Made by a program: the position numbers and the translations under genes
NCBI GenBank assembly: GCA_947629505.1
Contig: CANRDW010000002.1
Span: forward strand, 150 to 64,149
Origin: an uncultured Clostridia bacterium
GTDB lineage: Bacteria > Bacillota > Clostridia > Christensenellales > UBA1242
Reading direction: 5' to 3'
DNA: 64,000 nt
Notes under the pieces: model-generated
Told to the model about the DNA's origin: nothing
Seen by the model: the letters and a program-made list of their open reading frames with translations, nothing else
Database searches by the model: none
Shown here: piece by piece, positions 7,424 through 15,980 of the stretch
Layout of the letters: the number at the start of each line of letters is the position of its first letter
Position numbering within the stretch: the first letter of the stretch is position 1

Positions 7424-7780
7424 TTAGGTTTTGCGTTTACTAGACTTCGCTTTACCTTTAGCGTTCAAGCGGTTGTTGTTGACACCTATATTTTTGGTAT
7501 TGCTTACAGACACGTTTGATTTAACCTGCACGTTTTTGCTAGAACAGTCAACTTTGGTGCTAGAGACTTTTGAAAGTTCAAGTTTTTGGTTGTATTCAAA
7601 ATTCTTCATTCTTTGTTCTAAAGCACCTTCGCGTTTCAAGAGATTAGATAGTCTTTTAGAATCACGCTTATCTAAAAATTCATCTTCTCTCTTCTGACGG
7701 CGCAAATCAGCAATTTCTTCTTTAACCTGATTTAATCTGCCAGCATCGCGTTCACTTCTGAAATTTTGCAAACGATTCAC
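7424..7780 (-). CDS. Small basic coiled-coil protein (118 aa)
   Basis: GTG start with an AAGGAG RBS. Charged helical sequence and a Lys-rich C-terminus. Confidence 0.6.
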   Translation of the reverse strand: MNRLQNFRSERDAGRLNQVKEEIADLRRQKREDEFLDKRDSKRLSNLLKREGALEQRMKNFEYNQKLELSKVSSTKVDCSSKNVQVKSNVSVSNTKNIGVNNNRLNAKGKAKSSKRKT

Positions 7781-7789
7781 TATGTATTA

Positions 7790-7913
7790 CTCCTTTTGTA
7801 AAAATTTCTAGTAAATGGCAATCGACATACTACCTCCTAAACTTTACTAACAAACTATTATAGCAAATTTTGGAGAGTCAACAAATAAAAAATGGAGGCT
7901 TTTTATGACAAAT
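7790..7913. repeat. Copy 2 of the duplicated bidirectional control region
   Basis: See 7229-7351. Mini-ORF MSIAIY (7828-7808). Its plus-strand ATG at 7905 opens the 111-aa ORF. Confidence 0.75.
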
Positions 7914-8240
7914 CAAGAAATTTCAAACTTAATAGATGAAAAATTTGAAAAAGTGAGACAAGAACTCAAAGCGCAGATATGTCCAAAGTGGGTATTCTCA
8001 GAAGTTGAAAAGGCAATCTTGCGAAATTTAGACGAAGAATACAAATACATCGCAAGAGATGAAAATGGAGCGATTTATGTTTATAAGTCTGCTCCATATA
8101 AAAAATTTGGGGATAACAATAATTTCTATTGGAATTGCAAAGAAGACAGTGATTTTGCATATTTTGATTTTTTTCCAAATCACTTTCAGCAAATCACAGG
8201 GGATGACGAAGAGCCTTGTGAATTTAGAAAATACTTGTAG
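7905..8240 (+). CDS. Hypothetical protein (111 aa), first rightward gene
   Basis: RBS GGAGG then ATG. Confidence 0.7.
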   Translation: MTNQEISNLIDEKFEKVRQELKAQICPKWVFSEVEKAILRNLDEEYKYIARDENGAIYVYKSAPYKKFGDNNNFYWNCKEDSDFAYFDFFPNHFQQITGDDEEPCEFRKYL

Positions 8241-8248
8241 GAGGAAAT

Positions 8249-8428
8249 ATGGAAGCTTGGCTGATTAAAAGAATTGACGGGAAATATTACGATGTAGTGT
8301 ATGGAAGTTGGAGTAAACATTGGGCATATTGGTATATTCATAAAGAAGATGCCATGTTTGATATTACCAATTGTAAATTAAATGACTGCAAACTTGTTAA
8401 AGTGCGAATTGAAGAAGTGGAGGAATAA
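8249..8428 (+). CDS. Hypothetical protein (59 aa), not in the ORF track
   Basis: RBS AGGAGG then ATG at 8249. Translates MEAWLIKRIDGKYYDVVYGSWSKHWAYWYIHKEDAMFDITNCKLNDCKLVKVRIEEVEE. Stop at 8426-8428. Tightly packed between its neighbours. Confidence 0.6.
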   Translation: MEAWLIKRIDGKYYDVVYGSWSKHWAYWYIHKEDAMFDITNCKLNDCKLVKVRIEEVEE

Positions 8429-8429
8429 A

Positions 8430-8711
8430 ATGAGAATCATCAACGAAAAATTTTTCGATCAATTATCAATCAATCCTGGCAACACAGATTTGCCTTACAT
8501 AGACATTTTTAAAGACAAAGTTTGCGGGCTTGATAGTTCTATGATGCATCTTGGCAATTACATCTGGTTTTTAAATTGTTCTTTCAAAGGCTATAAAATT
8601 GCCAAAAAATTGAGGCCAATCTTGTCTTTTGACGACTTTATGCGTGAGCGTTGGCTTGAGGATATCTCAACTAAATCAAATATGGAATTTTCCCCTGGCG
8701 GTGAAGAATGA
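8430..8711 (+). CDS. Hypothetical protein (93 aa)
   Basis: RBS GGAGGAA then ATG at 8430 (MRIINEKFF...). The track start at 8382 overlaps the previous gene. Confidence 0.65.
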   Translation: MRIINEKFFDQLSINPGNTDLPYIDIFKDKVCGLDSSMMHLGNYIWFLNCSFKGYKIAKKLRPILSFDDFMRERWLEDISTKSNMEFSPGGEE

Positions 8712-8893
8712 GTGCATCATTCTTGTATCGCGAGGGCTTTTTTATATCCTGGCCCACAAAACACGCCGGAAACTGCAGAATTTTTGTTAAAAGCAAAAGT
8801 GAAGCAGACACCTTATACGCCACATTAAAATCGAAAAATCCGAATGTAGAAAAATACGCTGTAAGTTTTGGAAATATGAAAAAACTTGCTTAA
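8708..8893 (+). CDS. Hypothetical protein (61 aa)
   Basis: ATGA start/stop overlap with the upstream gene. Confidence 0.5.
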   Translation: MSASFLYREGFFISWPTKHAGNCRIFVKSKSEADTLYATLKSKNPNVEKYAVSFGNMKKLA

Positions 8894-8904
8894 GAGGTGA
8901 ACAC

Positions 8905-9510
8905 ATGAAAGAAGAAAGAATTAACTTCTGGGCAAATCTGCCATATCCTGTGCGCGCATCAACAAACATTTCAAGCGATGAGAAACTGTTGTATGCTGAA
9001 GTTGTTGCACGATTAACTCCGGCCGGGTGCTGCAAAACATCAAATGAAACATTTGCACGGTTTTTTAACACTGACATAAGGACTATCTCTCGCAGAGTGA
9101 AAAATCTAGTAACATGGGGATATATGAGGATAACGCGAGATTATAAACGTCACATTCGAAAACTTTGGCCACTAGAAATTCAAATCCCGGATGTTGCAGA
9201 AGAGCCTGAGAAGTGGTCTGAAAAACAAAAGATGTTTGCAAAGGCATTTCCTGAAAGGCAAATTGACATGGCAGACATTCCGGACAGTGTGGACATGGAA
9301 CTTCTGATTCAGAAAATAAAAGAATCCAAATTCCTGTCAAAAGCAAAAAACATGAGTTTGCGATCATGCGTGTTGAAATATAAAGCCATTGTGGCTGACG
9401 GATATCATCAATTCAGTGAAGAGAAGAAAAAAAAGTCCGGCACAGAAAGAAGTTACACTGAAGAAGAGGCAAACGCTTTATTTCAAAGCGCAGATGAAGT
9501 TGAAATTTAA
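8905..9510 (+). CDS. Putative DNA-binding / replication-organiser-like protein (winged HTH N-terminus)
   Basis: RBS AGAGGTG. ETFARFFNTDIRTISRRVKNLVTWGYMRI looks like a wHTH. The functional call is weak. Confidence 0.45.
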   Translation: MKEERINFWANLPYPVRASTNISSDEKLLYAEVVARLTPAGCCKTSNETFARFFNTDIRTISRRVKNLVTWGYMRITRDYKRHIRKLWPLEIQIPDVAEEPEKWSEKQKMFAKAFPERQIDMADIPDSVDMELLIQKIKESKFLSKAKNMSLRSCVLKYKAIVADGYHQFSEEKKKKSGTERSYTEEEANALFQSADEVEI

Positions 9511-9524
9511 AAGGAGAAACGACA

Positions 9525-10721
9525 GTGCAAGAAACACACAAACTAAGTGGATGGTGGAAGTTTTTAATTGCAGTAGTGATCATTATTGGCTTGCCTTTAA
9601 ATGTTTGGCTTTGTTATTATCAAATTTTCCTAAAAGAGTCCACAATCGTAATTGACAGTTCCTTTGTTGACACCGCTGGGTATCGTGATGAGGACATCTA
9701 TTTCATGGAAGTGAATTACTATTCAAACGAAAAGAAAAACGGTGTTGAGTGCATGGAGTTTAAATTTAATTATTATGTGGATACTTCAATACCTGAGAAA
9801 AAAGAAGATGGGACTTATGATAATAAATACATGTTTTCAACAGGGGTGCAATTTCAAGACTTAAATGATTATTATGATCATTACAAAACAGGGAGCTTCT
9901 TCGGTTCTACACAAATTCATATTATCCCTAAAAATATGACTTTTTATGCCAAACCAGACGGACTTGATCAAGGATATCAAGTTTCTGATATAGATCTTGG
10001 CAACAGTTGGATTTTTGATATAGGTGGAAAACTTTGTTTAATTGAACCGATTGGCCCCGTTTATTTTACTAATTTTTTATGGGTTAAAGAGTATATTGAT
10101 TATGACATTCATTTTATGATTACGAAAACCATTATGTCTATTCAATCAATGAAAAATGGAACGACAATCACTGCGTTTAATTTCAGCGATTTTTTAAAAA
10201 TAACAAAAGTATACAATGAAGAAACCGGCAAATTTGAAGAAGAACTTGTAGACGACAATATCATAAAATACTTCACCTTTATGAATGTTTTAATTAACAA
10301 GACAGATAATGGCATGATTGAGGCTAAAAATTCAATATTCAATTCATATGATGGCGATCCTGAATGGTCTTTTAATAATGTTGGAGATAAAGTAACATAT
10401 TGGCGCGATGACACTATTTATGACATAGATTCCGATGACTTCAAATTTGTTTCCGTGGGTGATGGTTATGAGATTGAATTAAAAGATTCTTGTGCAGATT
10501 TTCTTTCTGAATTCTCAGATGTGCTCTTAAATGTTGAGATTAATCTTGACGATTTTAGTTCGATCCTCAATATTATTGGATTTACAACACAACCTTTCAA
10601 GGATTTAAATGTTAATTCAATTAAGATCACTTCATCTACACAAAAAGATTTTATTGTATATGGTTTTAACGATCTGGACATTCAAACTGAAAATGTAAAT
10701 ATTGTCCGTGGAGGTGCGTAA
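9525..10721 (+). CDS. N-terminally membrane-anchored protein (398 aa)
   Basis: RBS AAGGAG then GTG. TM WWKFLIAVVIIIGLPLNVWLCYY, then an acidic, beta-rich ectodomain. Confidence 0.75.
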   Translation: MQETHKLSGWWKFLIAVVIIIGLPLNVWLCYYQIFLKESTIVIDSSFVDTAGYRDEDIYFMEVNYYSNEKKNGVECMEFKFNYYVDTSIPEKKEDGTYDNKYMFSTGVQFQDLNDYYDHYKTGSFFGSTQIHIIPKNMTFYAKPDGLDQGYQVSDIDLGNSWIFDIGGKLCLIEPIGPVYFTNFLWVKEYIDYDIHFMITKTIMSIQSMKNGTTITAFNFSDFLKITKVYNEETGKFEEELVDDNIIKYFTFMNVLINKTDNGMIEAKNSIFNSYDGDPEWSFNNVGDKVTYWRDDTIYDIDSDDFKFVSVGDGYEIELKDSCADFLSEFSDVLLNVEINLDDFSSILNIIGFTTQPFKDLNVNSIKITSSTQKDFIVYGFNDLDIQTENVNIVRGGA

Positions 10722-11326
10722 TGGGGTTGCTTGAATGGATTTTAATTATTGTTGGCATTGTAGCGTTTGTTTTAATTTTGCTTGCCTCGATTAAATATCA
10801 AAATTATAAAGTGCTTGGCATAATCGTGTTGCTTGCTTGGTGTGGACTTTCTGTGTATAGTGGATTTACTTTGCTTAAATACGAAAACTCGCATTCAAAC
10901 CTCTTTGGCACACCGGAAGTGCATGATCCTTATGAAAATTTTAATTACTACGAATATGATCTTTCTGGGATATCCTGGTATTTCACTGAAGAAGATCCAA
11001 CACTTAGATATGAGACAGAGTATAAAACCTCAATCAAGTTTGATGGCAATAAAAACAAATATCATTTACTTGTCAACAATGCACCTTGCACAAAAACCGA
11101 ATCAACAAATGGTAGACTTAAAGGTTTTTTGAAAAAACAGTTTACCCAGATGGATGGAGAAACCAAGATTATTAACTTTGAAATCACATTCGAATTTTAT
11201 GTGTCCAGCATCAAAATTAAAATTGAAACAGATGCAACTTCAGAAGATATTGGATATGTAAACGAATATGTAGAAATTAACGGATTCAACTTGAGAATTA
11301 TCAATGCCGTTTATGGCTTGGGTTAA
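10721..11326 (+). CDS. Two-TM membrane protein (201 aa)
   Basis: RBS GGAGG with a TAATG overlap. Two N-terminal hydrophobic helices. Confidence 0.75.
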   Translation: MGLLEWILIIVGIVAFVLILLASIKYQNYKVLGIIVLLAWCGLSVYSGFTLLKYENSHSNLFGTPEVHDPYENFNYYEYDLSGISWYFTEEDPTLRYETEYKTSIKFDGNKNKYHLLVNNAPCTKTESTNGRLKGFLKKQFTQMDGETKIINFEITFEFYVSSIKIKIETDATSEDIGYVNEYVEINGFNLRIINAVYGLG

Positions 11327-11338
11327 AAGGAGAAATTT

Positions 11339-13312
11339 ATGGATTGGAAAAAAGCACTTAAAATCACAGGTATCATATTGCTGATCTTGGCTTTTGTGTT
11401 TATTGCAATCTGGGTTGCGTTTAATTGGAAAACAATTTTTTCAGGATCAAAGATTTACACTTCACAGCAAAGAGAAGAATATGGAGATCAAAGATACAAT
11501 GCAGCACTTGAACAAGCAGAGAAGTGGCGCGTGCAAGTGCAAGAATTACAAAATAAAGTTGTTGTATATGAAGAAAATCAAAACGATCTTAAAGTTCAAG
11601 TAAGCACGTTGATAAATGAAAAAGAAACACTGCAAAACCAAAAAACTACTCTAGAAGCAGAAGTGAGACAAAAAGATGAACAAATTGCTGAACTTGAGCA
11701 ATCACATACAAATGATCAACAAGAAATAAAAACCTTAAAAACCGAAAAAAACAGTTTAGAGGCTGAAATTCAACAAAAAAATGCTCAAATTTCAGAAAAA
11801 GAGCAAAAAATCACACAATTTCAAACACAAATTATAGAATTAAAGAACAGTGTGACAAGGCTCATCTCTGAACTTGAAGCATATAGAGAAAAAGACATCG
11901 GGCTTAACAAAATTGAATTTATAAATAAAGATATTGTTGAAAGAGTTGTTTATTTCAAGAAAGGAGAAACCATTCCATATGTTCCAACTCTTGAGCAAAA
12001 AGTAGACGAATGGTTTTATGGTTGGACAAAGGAAAAAGGGAGCGAAAATGTCTTTAACCTTACAACAGAGTATACTCCATCTGGAGATGAGACTTTTTAT
12101 GCAGTCACCGGGCCAACAGTTCCGGTTGCTGTTCCAGACTCTTTTTCAAAAAATTTTAATTCATACTCTGAATATGGATGGTATGGAGAGAATTTAACAC
12201 TAAATGACATTTTAAATTTTGATGAAGATATTGATTTTGACGATCCAAATTTAACTTTAACATTAGGAACAAGTTCTCGTAAAACACCAAAAATTACTTT
12301 AAATACCAAGATAAAAGATTTTGCAGATAATGTCCAAACAACTTATAATGGCGGGCTTCTTGGCGAACATGCCGATGGAGTTTATGACTATGCTTGTTCG
12401 TTTAATATTAATCTTAAATATAAAGTTAAGACTATAATGAAAGAAACATTTACAGAGTCCTATCAACGAGATCCATGGTTTACAGACGAAGATGAAAATC
12501 ATTTTTTTGATTTGGGTTTTGACTTTAAATTTAGTAAAATTTTGGGCTTTGATTACTGTATTAGAGAGTCTATTGAAGATAAAGCTGTATGGAAAAGATT
12601 TACGGGTGATTTTACTTATGTCAAAGAGGATAGTTCTGGTGGATCGCAGAGTTCGTCTCCGGTTTACAAATGCACACTTGATAATGGAGAAACTTGGAAA
12701 TTCAAACTTTGGCTACCATTTGATGGAGGCATTTCATGTAAATTATATGAAGTGAGCAATATGACAGCAAGCCGAATCATAAATTACAGAAACATCGTTT
12801 TAGAATTGGATCTTATTACAAGGAACAATGTTTATACTACAGAATGTGCCTGTGCTAAACATACAGATGAAGCTTATGAACAATATTTAAATAATACATA
12901 TGCACATTGCTTTACAGATAATGCTGCTTTATGGGTTACAAAAAAGATTGAGGATAATAGCTTTGATTATATTTTAGCAGGTAACAATAATGGAGATCGT
13001 TGCTATAAAACAATTGAAATTTTGGCAAATAATGCAACAAATTTAAAACTTGACCTTTTTGCTTTAGAGAAAGATGGAAACTATTTTGGAATTATTTATA
13101 CCGTGCAAGGTGAAGATGGTCAGGATTACTCTGCGATGTTACTTGTTTATAGGGTAAAAGATGGTTATGGTGATAGTTTTGAAAGCAAAACTTTAATTGA
13201 AGAAAAACAGTGCAGCATAACTAGGATGGACAAACAAATTACAGTAAATTCTAGTGAGGGCAGCAAAACATATACATTAAATGAAGATAGACTTACGCTA
13301 GATGCTGCCTAA
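11339..13312 (+). CDS. Membrane-anchored coiled-coil protein with a List-Bact-type repeat (657 aa)
   Basis: RBS AAGGAG. N-terminal TM, a ~150-aa heptad-rich Q/E/K segment, then EWFYGWTKEKGSENVFNLTTEYTPSGDETFYAV (Flg_new-like) and a Cys-containing C-terminal domain. Confidence 0.8.
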   Translation: MDWKKALKITGIILLILAFVFIAIWVAFNWKTIFSGSKIYTSQQREEYGDQRYNAALEQAEKWRVQVQELQNKVVVYEENQNDLKVQVSTLINEKETLQNQKTTLEAEVRQKDEQIAELEQSHTNDQQEIKTLKTEKNSLEAEIQQKNAQISEKEQKITQFQTQIIELKNSVTRLISELEAYREKDIGLNKIEFINKDIVERVVYFKKGETIPYVPTLEQKVDEWFYGWTKEKGSENVFNLTTEYTPSGDETFYAVTGPTVPVAVPDSFSKNFNSYSEYGWYGENLTLNDILNFDEDIDFDDPNLTLTLGTSSRKTPKITLNTKIKDFADNVQTTYNGGLLGEHADGVYDYACSFNINLKYKVKTIMKETFTESYQRDPWFTDEDENHFFDLGFDFKFSKILGFDYCIRESIEDKAVWKRFTGDFTYVKEDSSGGSQSSSPVYKCTLDNGETWKFKLWLPFDGGISCKLYEVSNMTASRIINYRNIVLELDLITRNNVYTTECACAKHTDEAYEQYLNNTYAHCFTDNAALWVTKKIEDNSFDYILAGNNNGDRCYKTIEILANNATNLKLDLFALEKDGNYFGIIYTVQGEDGQDYSAMLLVYRVKDGYGDSFESKTLIEEKQCSITRMDKQITVNSSEGSKTYTLNEDRLTLDAA

Positions 13313-13333
13313 AAGCAAAAAGGAGAAGAAAAA

Positions 13334-14812
13334 ATGAAAAAAACAACAAGAATTGGCATGACGGCACTTGGAATCACTGCAGCGCTTGCTGGCGGAACTG
13401 TGGCTGGAGTTTATCTGGAAAAGGAAGTTCTGCAAAGAAATGGATTGGACATGCCCTCACAAAGTCAAGATGCTGAACAACAAAAGAAGTTAGAGCAAGA
13501 ATTACGTGAGAAAATCGAAAAAGAGATGAATGCGCAGTTCGAAAAAGAGAAGCAAGATCTCGAAAATCAACATCAAACAGATCTCGAAGCAGCAAAACAA
13601 GAGGGGAAAACTGAGGCGGAGGCTGATGTAAAAACTTTAAAAGATGTAATTTCAACCGTATTTAACAGTGATACAGCAGGGGAATTCACTCTTGAAAATG
13701 GTGATTTAATCAAATATGCGCCAAAAGAAGATAAAAGTGGCATATATGTTTTAAACACAAAAACACTTGAATATAAAACAGCAAATATAGATACTTCTTG
13801 GAGTTTTAACGTTTTGAAAGCAGATATATATAACAAAAGGCAAAACAATTTCACTACTTATGATGAAAACACCATTTATTTTCAAGTTTCTACTGAGGGG
13901 TTGTTTGCCATAAAGGACAATCTTGATATTGTAAAGATGATCGATCTGCACAATCAGGCTTTTAATGCCACTTCATTGCAAAAGTATGGTGACAAATATT
14001 TCCTGTTTGGCGGATCAAACGAAACAACATCTTTATTTGAAATTGATGGCTTAACTTGTAAAAAAATAACAACTCCAGAAGAGTTGTCTGGACACTTGTC
14101 TCAAATGTGGACAGATATGAAATATTTTTCTATTGATGCCGATGATCTAATCCTATATACAAATTCATCTCAAACTTCCTGTGGTGGAATATATAGGATT
14201 AAAGATGGAAACCTAGAAATCCTTTATGGAGATGCAGAATTAGATGCGCAAAATTCTCATGCAATTTACACACTAAATGTGCAAGAAAATAGCAAGGGTG
14301 ACAAAATTGTATTGGCAAATTATGAAAACAATTCAAAAAAGCATATATGGACATGCAATCTGTCACAAGGAAAAGATAGCATACAAGATCATGAACTTGC
14401 TGAATCTGTTAGTTCTGGAATAGCCTCTCTTGCATTCTTAGATGACGACTTCACAAATATAGTTGTTGGTGGGAATGGATGGGGTGATATTAAAGTTTAC
14501 AAATTTCAAGATCAAAACTATGTAATGCAAAGCGAAATATCTTTTAGTGGCTATTACAGATTTATCAAGCAGTTTGGTCAAGATATTGTTATTGGAACTC
14601 AAGCAGGGGAAAATTATTATCTCTATGTTGTTCGTGAAGATCAAGAACAAGTTTCGTCACAACAGCTGTTGAGTGGCCATAATATTGAGACTGCAGAATG
14701 GTATAACGGATATATGCCAGATGACAGTGATTTCATTGTTACTGATTCTCAAGGCTCTAAAGAATACTACAAGTATAATCAAGATTTACATACAGTTGAA
14801 AAAATAAATTAA
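13334..14812 (+). CDS. Membrane-anchored protein, paralogue A (492 aa)
   Basis: RBS AAGGAG. The N-terminal MKKTTRIGMTALGITAALAGGTVAGVYLEKEVL is shared with the 15981 gene. Short coiled coil, then a beta-rich domain. Confidence 0.8.
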   Translation: MKKTTRIGMTALGITAALAGGTVAGVYLEKEVLQRNGLDMPSQSQDAEQQKKLEQELREKIEKEMNAQFEKEKQDLENQHQTDLEAAKQEGKTEAEADVKTLKDVISTVFNSDTAGEFTLENGDLIKYAPKEDKSGIYVLNTKTLEYKTANIDTSWSFNVLKADIYNKRQNNFTTYDENTIYFQVSTEGLFAIKDNLDIVKMIDLHNQAFNATSLQKYGDKYFLFGGSNETTSLFEIDGLTCKKITTPEELSGHLSQMWTDMKYFSIDADDLILYTNSSQTSCGGIYRIKDGNLEILYGDAELDAQNSHAIYTLNVQENSKGDKIVLANYENNSKKHIWTCNLSQGKDSIQDHELAESVSSGIASLAFLDDDFTNIVVGGNGWGDIKVYKFQDQNYVMQSEISFSGYYRFIKQFGQDIVIGTQAGENYYLYVVREDQEQVSSQQLLSGHNIETAEWYNGYMPDDSDFIVTDSQGSKEYYKYNQDLHTVEKIN

Positions 14813-15063
14813 ACTCATGGCGCTTTAGTGCGCCAATATGGAAGTGTAGCACAATGAGAAGTGCAAAAGCCCGGCCAGCGAATATGTAGGTGCAAGGCCT
14901 ACCACTTTCACCAAAGCAGAGAGAAAACATTTAATCCTCCTATCCATAAATGTTCTGGGCTCTCTGCTTACCAAAGACAAGAAGTTTGAAATCCTAAGCC
15001 AATTTTTCTTCTTGTCTTACAACTTGCAAAAGCAAGAAATTTAATTTAAAAGGAGAAAAGTCT
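14813..15063 (+). other. 250-nt highly structured non-coding spacer (at least four strong hairpins)
   Basis: Stems TGGCGC/GCGCCA, GTAGG/CCTAC, AAGCAGAGAG/CTCTCTGCTT (with inner AACATTTA/TAAATGTT) and AAGACAAGAAG/CTTCTTGTCTT. No ORF. Confidence 0.5.
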
Positions 15064-15273
15064 ATGGCAAAAGAACATAAAAAGATGAGTTGGGTTGGCA
15101 TAATTTGCTGGATCTTAGTGTTTTTAATTGTCGGTGGTGGTGCAGGTTATGGGACTTACGCGACAGTTAAATACTTTGAGGATAAAAATGCAGAACAATC
15201 CAAGGTAACTGACGAGGAAGTTGGCTCACAAGATGTTAAACTCACAGAAGATGGCGTTGTTTTGTATGTGTAA
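15064..15273 (+). CDS. Small single-TM protein (69 aa)
   Basis: RBS AAGGAG. Basic N-terminus, TM WVGIICWILVFLIVGGGAGYG, acidic C-terminus. Confidence 0.7.
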   Translation: MAKEHKKMSWVGIICWILVFLIVGGGAGYGTYATVKYFEDKNAEQSKVTDEEVGSQDVKLTEDGVVLYV

Positions 15274-15291
15274 AAAGATTGGAGATAAAAA

Positions 15292-15807
15292 ATGATAAAG
15301 AAAAATCATAGAAAGCCAACTAAAAACAGAACTAAAGCAACAAGTAAAGTTAAATCAATTAAAAAACACGAAACAAATACTAAGAAGAGATCTAAAGGTC
15401 AAGACAAGAAAATTCGTATTGGACAAACACTTGAAACAAACGATATTTATCTTCCTCATAAAAAGAACAGAGTCCCAAAATCTAAAAAAAGGCCTATTCT
15501 TGTTGTTGATAAAAATGAGTTTAACGAACTCGTTGTTGTTCCTGGCAGTAAAAAGAAAACAAACAATACAGTTCCATATAATCGATATGGTTTAAAGAAT
15601 TATAGGATTAGTATTGAAATTGAAGATAACGAGGGGAATCCTATCAAAGAGAATGAAAAATTTAGAAAAACCAAAAACTGTTCTGTTCTTCCTGAAAGTG
15701 AAACCTTAAAAATTAAAGACAACGTTATTAATCACTCTCGTTTTACAAGTGAAAATAGAAAGAAATATAATCTTTTTATTAACAGACATAAAAAAAGTAG
15801 GGATTAA
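15292..15807 (+). CDS. Extremely basic protein (171 aa)
   Basis: RBS GGAG. The first ~70 residues are almost all K/R/T/N. The RPILVVDKNEFNELVVVPGS segment is faintly PemK/SH3-like, which is not a confident call. Confidence 0.7.
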   Translation: MIKKNHRKPTKNRTKATSKVKSIKKHETNTKKRSKGQDKKIRIGQTLETNDIYLPHKKNRVPKSKKRPILVVDKNEFNELVVVPGSKKKTNNTVPYNRYGLKNYRISIEIEDNEGNPIKENEKFRKTKNCSVLPESETLKIKDNVINHSRFTSENRKKYNLFINRHKKSRD

Positions 15808-15906
15808 TCCACCCTACTCAATGCCCAGACTTTCAGGGCAGGCGCTCCCTAGCCTAAATCCTTTGGATTTACCTATGAGCCTGTTAAACAAGTTTTTATA
15901 AACTTG
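15796..15906. repeat. ~110-nt structured repeat, copy A (inverted partner at 23332-23440)
   Basis: Near-identical to the reverse complement of 23332-23440. An internal hairpin differs by compensatory changes (TGCCC...GGGCA versus GCCAAG...CTTGGC). Confidence 0.8.
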
Positions 15907-15980
15907 ATACAGACATTATATTACATCTTATTTAAAAAGTCAATACTTTTTGGCAAAAAATTTAAAAAAAAGGAGAGAAA

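Noticed and set aside
11339-13312. Tape-measure protein (a long coiled-coil protein is often a TMP)
   Set aside because: It has a single N-terminal TM anchor, only ~150 aa of coiled coil, a List-Bact repeat and a Cys-containing globular C-terminus, and there are no neighbouring tail genes. The call cannot be supported.
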